A DNA stretch of 64,000 nt, from the NCBI RefSeq assembly GCF_009914755.1, contig NC_060926.1. The stretch is one strand, 5' to 3'. The first letter of the stretch is position 1. Each line of letters opens with the position of its first letter. Shown one piece after another: positions 56,351-64,000 of this stretch. The position numbers and the translations under genes are program-made. The notes below the pieces were generated by a model that saw only the letters and a program-made list of their open reading frames with translations, was not told the origin of the DNA and did no database searches. The DNA is from the human T2T-CHM13v2.0 reference genome, Homo sapiens.

Positions 56351-59300
56351 GAAACAAAATATCAGGCCAACAATGGACCATTCAGCAGAAACCCTACAAG
56401 CCAGAAGAGACTGGGGACCTATATTCAGCATTGTTAAAGAAAAGAAATTTCAACCAAGAATTTAATATCTAGCCAAACTACACTTCATAAGTGAAGGAAA
56501 CATTAAATATTTATTAGACCAAGAAAATGCTGAGAGAATTTGTTACCACCAGAGCTGCCATATAAGAGTTCCTTAAGGGAGTACTAAATTTGGAAACAAA
56601 AGGCCCTAACCAGCTATTGCAAGAATCATTGACAATGTAAATGAACAACACAATCAAGTCATCATAACAACTAGCTTACAACACAATAACAGAATTAAAT
56701 CCACAGGTATCAATATTAACATCCAATGAAAATGGCTACATGCTCCACCTAAAAAGCACAGAGTGACAAATTGGGTAAAGCAGCCAAACATAACTGTATA
56801 CTGCCTTCAAAATAGCCATCTGACATGCAATGACACCCATAAGCTCAAAGTAAAGAGGTAGATAATAACTTATCATCAAACAGAAAGAAAAATGAGCAAG
56901 GGCTGCTATTCTTATTTCAGACAAAACAGACTTTAAACCAACAATCATCAAAAAGGACAGAGAAGAGCGTTACATAATGATAAAAGTTTCAATTCAAAAA
57001 TATGTGACTATTCTATCTATATATGGACCCAATACAGGAGCCCCCAGATTCATCAAACAAGTTCTTAGAGACACACAAATAGACAGATAACCACACGGTA
57101 AAACTGGGAGACTTCAACATTCCAGTAAAGGAATTAGACAAATCATCAAAGCAGAAAACTAACAAAGACATTCAGGACCCAAATTTGATACTTAACTAAA
57201 TAGACCTAACCTCTACCAAACCTTCCACCCAACAACAACAGAATATACATTATTCTCATCTGCACATGGCACATACCCTGAAATTGACCACACAGTCATA
57301 AAGCAATTCTCGACAAATTCATAAAAACTGATATCACACCAACCACACTCTCAGACCACAGTGCAATATAAATAGAAATCAATATCAATAAGATTTCTGA
57401 AAATTATAAAATTACATTAAAATTAAACAACCTGCTGCTGAATTACTTTGGGTAAAGAATAAAATTAAGGCAGAAATCAAGAAATTCTTTGAAACTAGTG
57501 AAAACAAAGATACAACGTACCGGAATCTCTGGGGTGTAGCAAAAATAGTGTTAAGAGGACAGATTATGACACTAAATGTCTACATCAAAAAGTTAGAAAG
57601 ATCTAAAATTAACAACCTAACATGACACCTAGAAGAACTAGAAAAATAAGAGGCAACCAACACCCAATCTGCCAGAAGAAAAGAAATAACCAAAATCAGA
57701 GTTGATCTGAAGGAAATTAAGAAGGGAAAAATAATGCAAAAGATGCAAAAAACCAAAACTTGGTTTCTTGAAAGAATAAATAAGTTTGATACACTTCTAG
57801 TTAGAATAATGGGAAAAATAAGAAGATTTAAATAGAAACATTCAAAAATGAGAAGAACACATTACTACTGACTATACAGAAATACAAAAAACCCTCAGGG
57901 ACAATTACAATCACATCTATGCACACAAATTAGAAAACCTAGAAGAATTAAATAAATTCCTGGAAACACAAAACCTCCCAAGATTTAACCAAATGTAAAT
58001 TAAAACCATAAACACACCTCTAAGGAGTTCTAAAATTGAATCACTAATAAAAAGCTGATCAACCAGAAGAAGCACAAGACCAGTTGAATTCACAGTCAAG
58101 TAGTACTACCAGACATATAAAGAAGAGCTGGTATTAATTCTACTGAAACTGTTCCAAAAAGTTGAAGAGGAGGCACTCCTCCCTATCTCATCCCATAAAG
58201 CCCACATCATTCTGATACCCACACCAGTCAAACACACTGCAAAAAAGGAAACTTTAGGTCAACTTTCCCAATAAACTTAGATGTAAAATTCTTCAACACA
58301 ATACAAACAAAGTTAATCCAGCAACACATCAAAAAGCTAATCCACCATGATCAAGTAGGCATCATTCCTGGGATGCAAAGTTGGGTCAATATATGCAAAT
58401 CAATAAATGTGATGCATCACATAAACAGAACTAAAACCAAAAACCACGTGATTATAGATGTAGAAAAGACTTTCAATAAAACTGAACTTCCTTTGTGTTA
58501 AAAACCCTTGACAAACTAGGCATCAAAGGAAGATAGCACAAAATACTAACAGCCATCTATGACAAACCCATTGCCAACATAATACTGTACAGGTAAAAGC
58601 TAGAAGCATTCCCTTTGAGAACCAGAATTAAACAAGGATACCCACTTTTACAACTCCTATTGAACAAAGTATTGGACATCTTAGGCCCATTCTATTTCCG
58701 CAGAAGAATAATGAGATGTTCAACAAAGCTGACGATAAGAAGCAATGGGAAAAGGATTCTCTATTCACTAAATGGTGCTGTGATAACTGGCTAACCATAT
58801 GCAGAGGATTGATACTGAATTACTTCATTTCCCCATATCCCAAAATCAACTCAAGATGGATTATAGACTTAAATGTAAAACCCAAAACTATAAAAACCCT
58901 AGAAGAAAACCTATGAAATACCATTCTGGACATAGGTCCTGGCAAAGGTTTCATAAAAAAAAATCCAAAAGCTACTGCAACAAAAATAAAAATTGACAAG
59001 TGAACCTAATGAAACTAAAGAGCTTCTGCACAGTAAAAGAAACCGTCAACAGAAAAAACAGACAATCTACAGAATGACGGAAAATATTTGCAAACTATGC
59101 ATCCAACAAAGGTCTAATGTTCAGAATCTATAAGACACTTGAACAAATTAACAGGCAAAAAACAAACAACCCCATTTAAAAAATGGGCAAAGGCCATGAA
59201 CAGACACTTCTCAAAAGAAGACATATATGTGGCTAACAAGCATATGAAAAATGCTCAATATCACTAATCATAAGAGAAATGCAAATCAAAACCACAATGA

Positions 59301-59999
59301 GATACCATCTAATAACAGTCAGAATGGCTATTATCAAAAAGTCAAAAAATAACAGATTCTGGTGATGTTATAGAGAAAACCATTTGACCCAGCAATCCTA
59401 TTCCTGGGTATATACCCAATGGAATATAAATAGTTCTAACGTAAAGACACATGCACTCATATGTTCTTCACAGCACTATTCACAATGGGAAATCAACATA
59501 GATGCCCATCAGTGGAGGACTGGATAAAGAGAATATGGTACATGTACACCATGGGATACTATGCAGCCATAATAAAGAAGAAAATTGTGTCTTTTGCAGC
59601 AACATGGATGGAGCTGGAGGCCATTATCCTAAATGAATTAATGCAGAAAAAGAAACCAAATACCACATATTCTCACTTATAGGTAGAAGTTACACAATGA
59701 GTACACGGGAACACAAAACATGGAACAGTAAATACCACAGCCTACTTGAAGGTGGAGGGTATGAGGAGGGTGAGGATTGAAAATCCACCTACTGGGTACT
59801 AGGATTATTATCCAGATGATAAAATGATCTATACACCAAACCTTCACAGGTACTCCCAAACCTAAAATAAATGTTGGAAAGAAAAAAAAAACACATTATT
59901 CCTCAAGAGTGTTTACACAAATAGCACACTTACTGTAAAAGCCAGAAAATGGAAATAACTGACCAATGAAGAAATAAATTGTGGTTCATCCATATGGTG

Positions 60000-60452
60000 T
60001 GTACTGAATTTAAGAGTATCCCCTTCAAAGTTATGTCCACCCAGAAGGTGTGAATAGGATCTTATTTGGATATAGGATCTCTGCGTATGTAGTCAAGTTA
60101 AGATGTGGTCATGAAGGATTAGGGTAAATTCTAATCCAGTGACTGGTGTCCCTATAAGAAGAGGGAAACTTCGACACCAATATACTCAGAGGAAAATGGC
60201 TATGTAAAGACAGAGGCTGAGATTAGATTTATGCTGCCACAACCTGAAGAAGAGCAAGGATTGATGGTAACTCCCAGAGGCTAGAAGAGGCAAGAAAGAA
60301 TATTTTGATAGAGCTTTTGGAGGCAATATGGACTTGCCATACTCATTGATTTTGAACTTTTATTCTCCAAGAACTTTGAGATGATAAAATTCTGTTATTT
60401 TTAGCTGCACAGTTTGTGGTAATTTGTTATGGCAGCCTTAGAAAGTAGTACA
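60000..60452 (+). mobile_element. MLT1-type MaLR LTR
   Basis: GACTGGTGTCCCTATAAGAAGAGG...TTTGTGGTAATTTGTTATGGCAGCC motifs. Confidence 0.8.
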
Positions 60453-61014
60453 TAGAGGATGTTACCCAGAAAAAACATAAATGAACCCTTGATATACAAA
60501 ACATGGATGTATTTTAAAAAAAAAATTTAAAAAGAAGTTGAAATGAAAAATGCATGTAGTATGATGTCCTTTATATACAGTTTTAGAAAGGTAAAACTGT
60601 TAATAAGATAAAGGAGACCAGTATTTTCCTTTGTTCAGATGTGTGAGGAATTCACTGCAAAGAGCATGAGGTAGTTTTATGAGAAAAAAAGAAATACTCA
60701 ATATCTTTTTCTATATAGTTATTGATGTATATACATTTGTCAATATAAATCAAATTGTACACTTAAAATGACTGCATTTTATGCTATACAAATCATAGCT
60801 CAGTAAAGTTTATTTTAAACAGAAAAGAAATATATGCATTGTAGAAAACTTAAAAATATATTTAAAATGATGTTTATATAATTGTATTAGAAGGAAATCA
60901 CTGTTAAATTTTGACACAATCATGTTCTATCCTAACTTTCTCACTTGTCACATCAATTTCCCAAATCAACAAGACACTTTAATAGGACTATAACTTTCTA
61001 ATCTGTATGACAGT

Positions 61015-61425
61015 TGATATAGTTTGGGTGTCTTCTCTAAATCTCATGTTGAGATGTAATCCTCAGTATTGGTGTTGGGGCCTGGTGAGAGGTGTGTGGA
61101 TCATGGGAGCACATCCCTCATGAATGGCCTACCAACATTTCCTTGGTGATGAGTGAGTTTACACAAGATCTAGTTGTTTAAAAGTATGTGGTACATCCCC
61201 CCTTCTCTCTTGCTCCTGCTCTGGCCTTGTGACATCCCTCCTCCCGCTTCACCTTTCACCATGAGTGAAAGCTCCCTTGAGGCCGACTCTGAAGCTGAGC
61301 AGTTGCTATTAATAGCACCATGCTTGTACAACCTGCAGAACCCTGAGTCAATTAAACCTGTTTTCCTTATAAATTACCCAGTTTCAGATATTCCTTTATA
61401 GCAATGTGAGAAAAACCTAACACCA
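61015..61425 (+). mobile_element. MST-type MaLR solo LTR
   Basis: TGATATAGTTTGG...ATTAAACCT...TATAAATTACCCAG...TTTATAGCAATG. Confidence 0.85.
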
Positions 61426-61444
61426 CAGTCTCATATTACAATTA

Positions 61445-64000
<2,556 letters not shown>

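Larger units (their letters stand above)
55210..59890 (+). mobile_element. L1PB/old L1PA-type LINE: ORF1 3' part, decayed ORF2 with internal deletion at ~58690, 3' UTR and A-tail
   Basis: recognisable endonuclease/RT-region DNA; ORF fragments such as [20 protein letters not shown]; many stops. Confidence 0.85.

Noticed and set aside
56076-56472. Lys/Glu/Arg-rich and Phe/Ser/Leu-rich ORFs
   Set aside because: Translations of the (GAAA/GAAG)n microsatellite inside L1.

Overview
Human (hominid) nuclear DNA. Positions 2106-45707 on the minus strand hold coding exons 1-20 of a RANBP2/NUP358-derived RGPD gene. The protein matches the RGPD1/RGPD2 pair and is most likely RGPD2. All 20 exons have GT-AG boundaries and join in frame (4900 nt, about 1633 codons: TPR/helical N-terminus plus two Ran-binding domains). 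The GCC2-derived GRIP exons would lie left of the window. Just inside intron 1, a GCC/GAGGCC repeat array is split by a 478-bp mitochondrial insertion (partial tRNA-Lys, whole ATP8, 5' ATP6). The introns are Alu-dense. They include an AluYa5 and a multi-level nest of insertions with an unexplained 330-bp fragment at its centre. Beyond a truncated Alu at ~45990 the DNA becomes AT-rich and gene-free (THE1, old L1s, solo LTRs, a 5'-inverted L1PA). I see no wholly new biological system. The best leads are the NUMT in the repeat array, Met at the codon equivalent to RANBP2 Thr585, coding sequence reused as a splice acceptor, eroded oligomerisation and Ran-binding motifs, and two templated-looking insertions. 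Comparisons to RANBP2, mtDNA and repeat consensi are from memory and need alignment.
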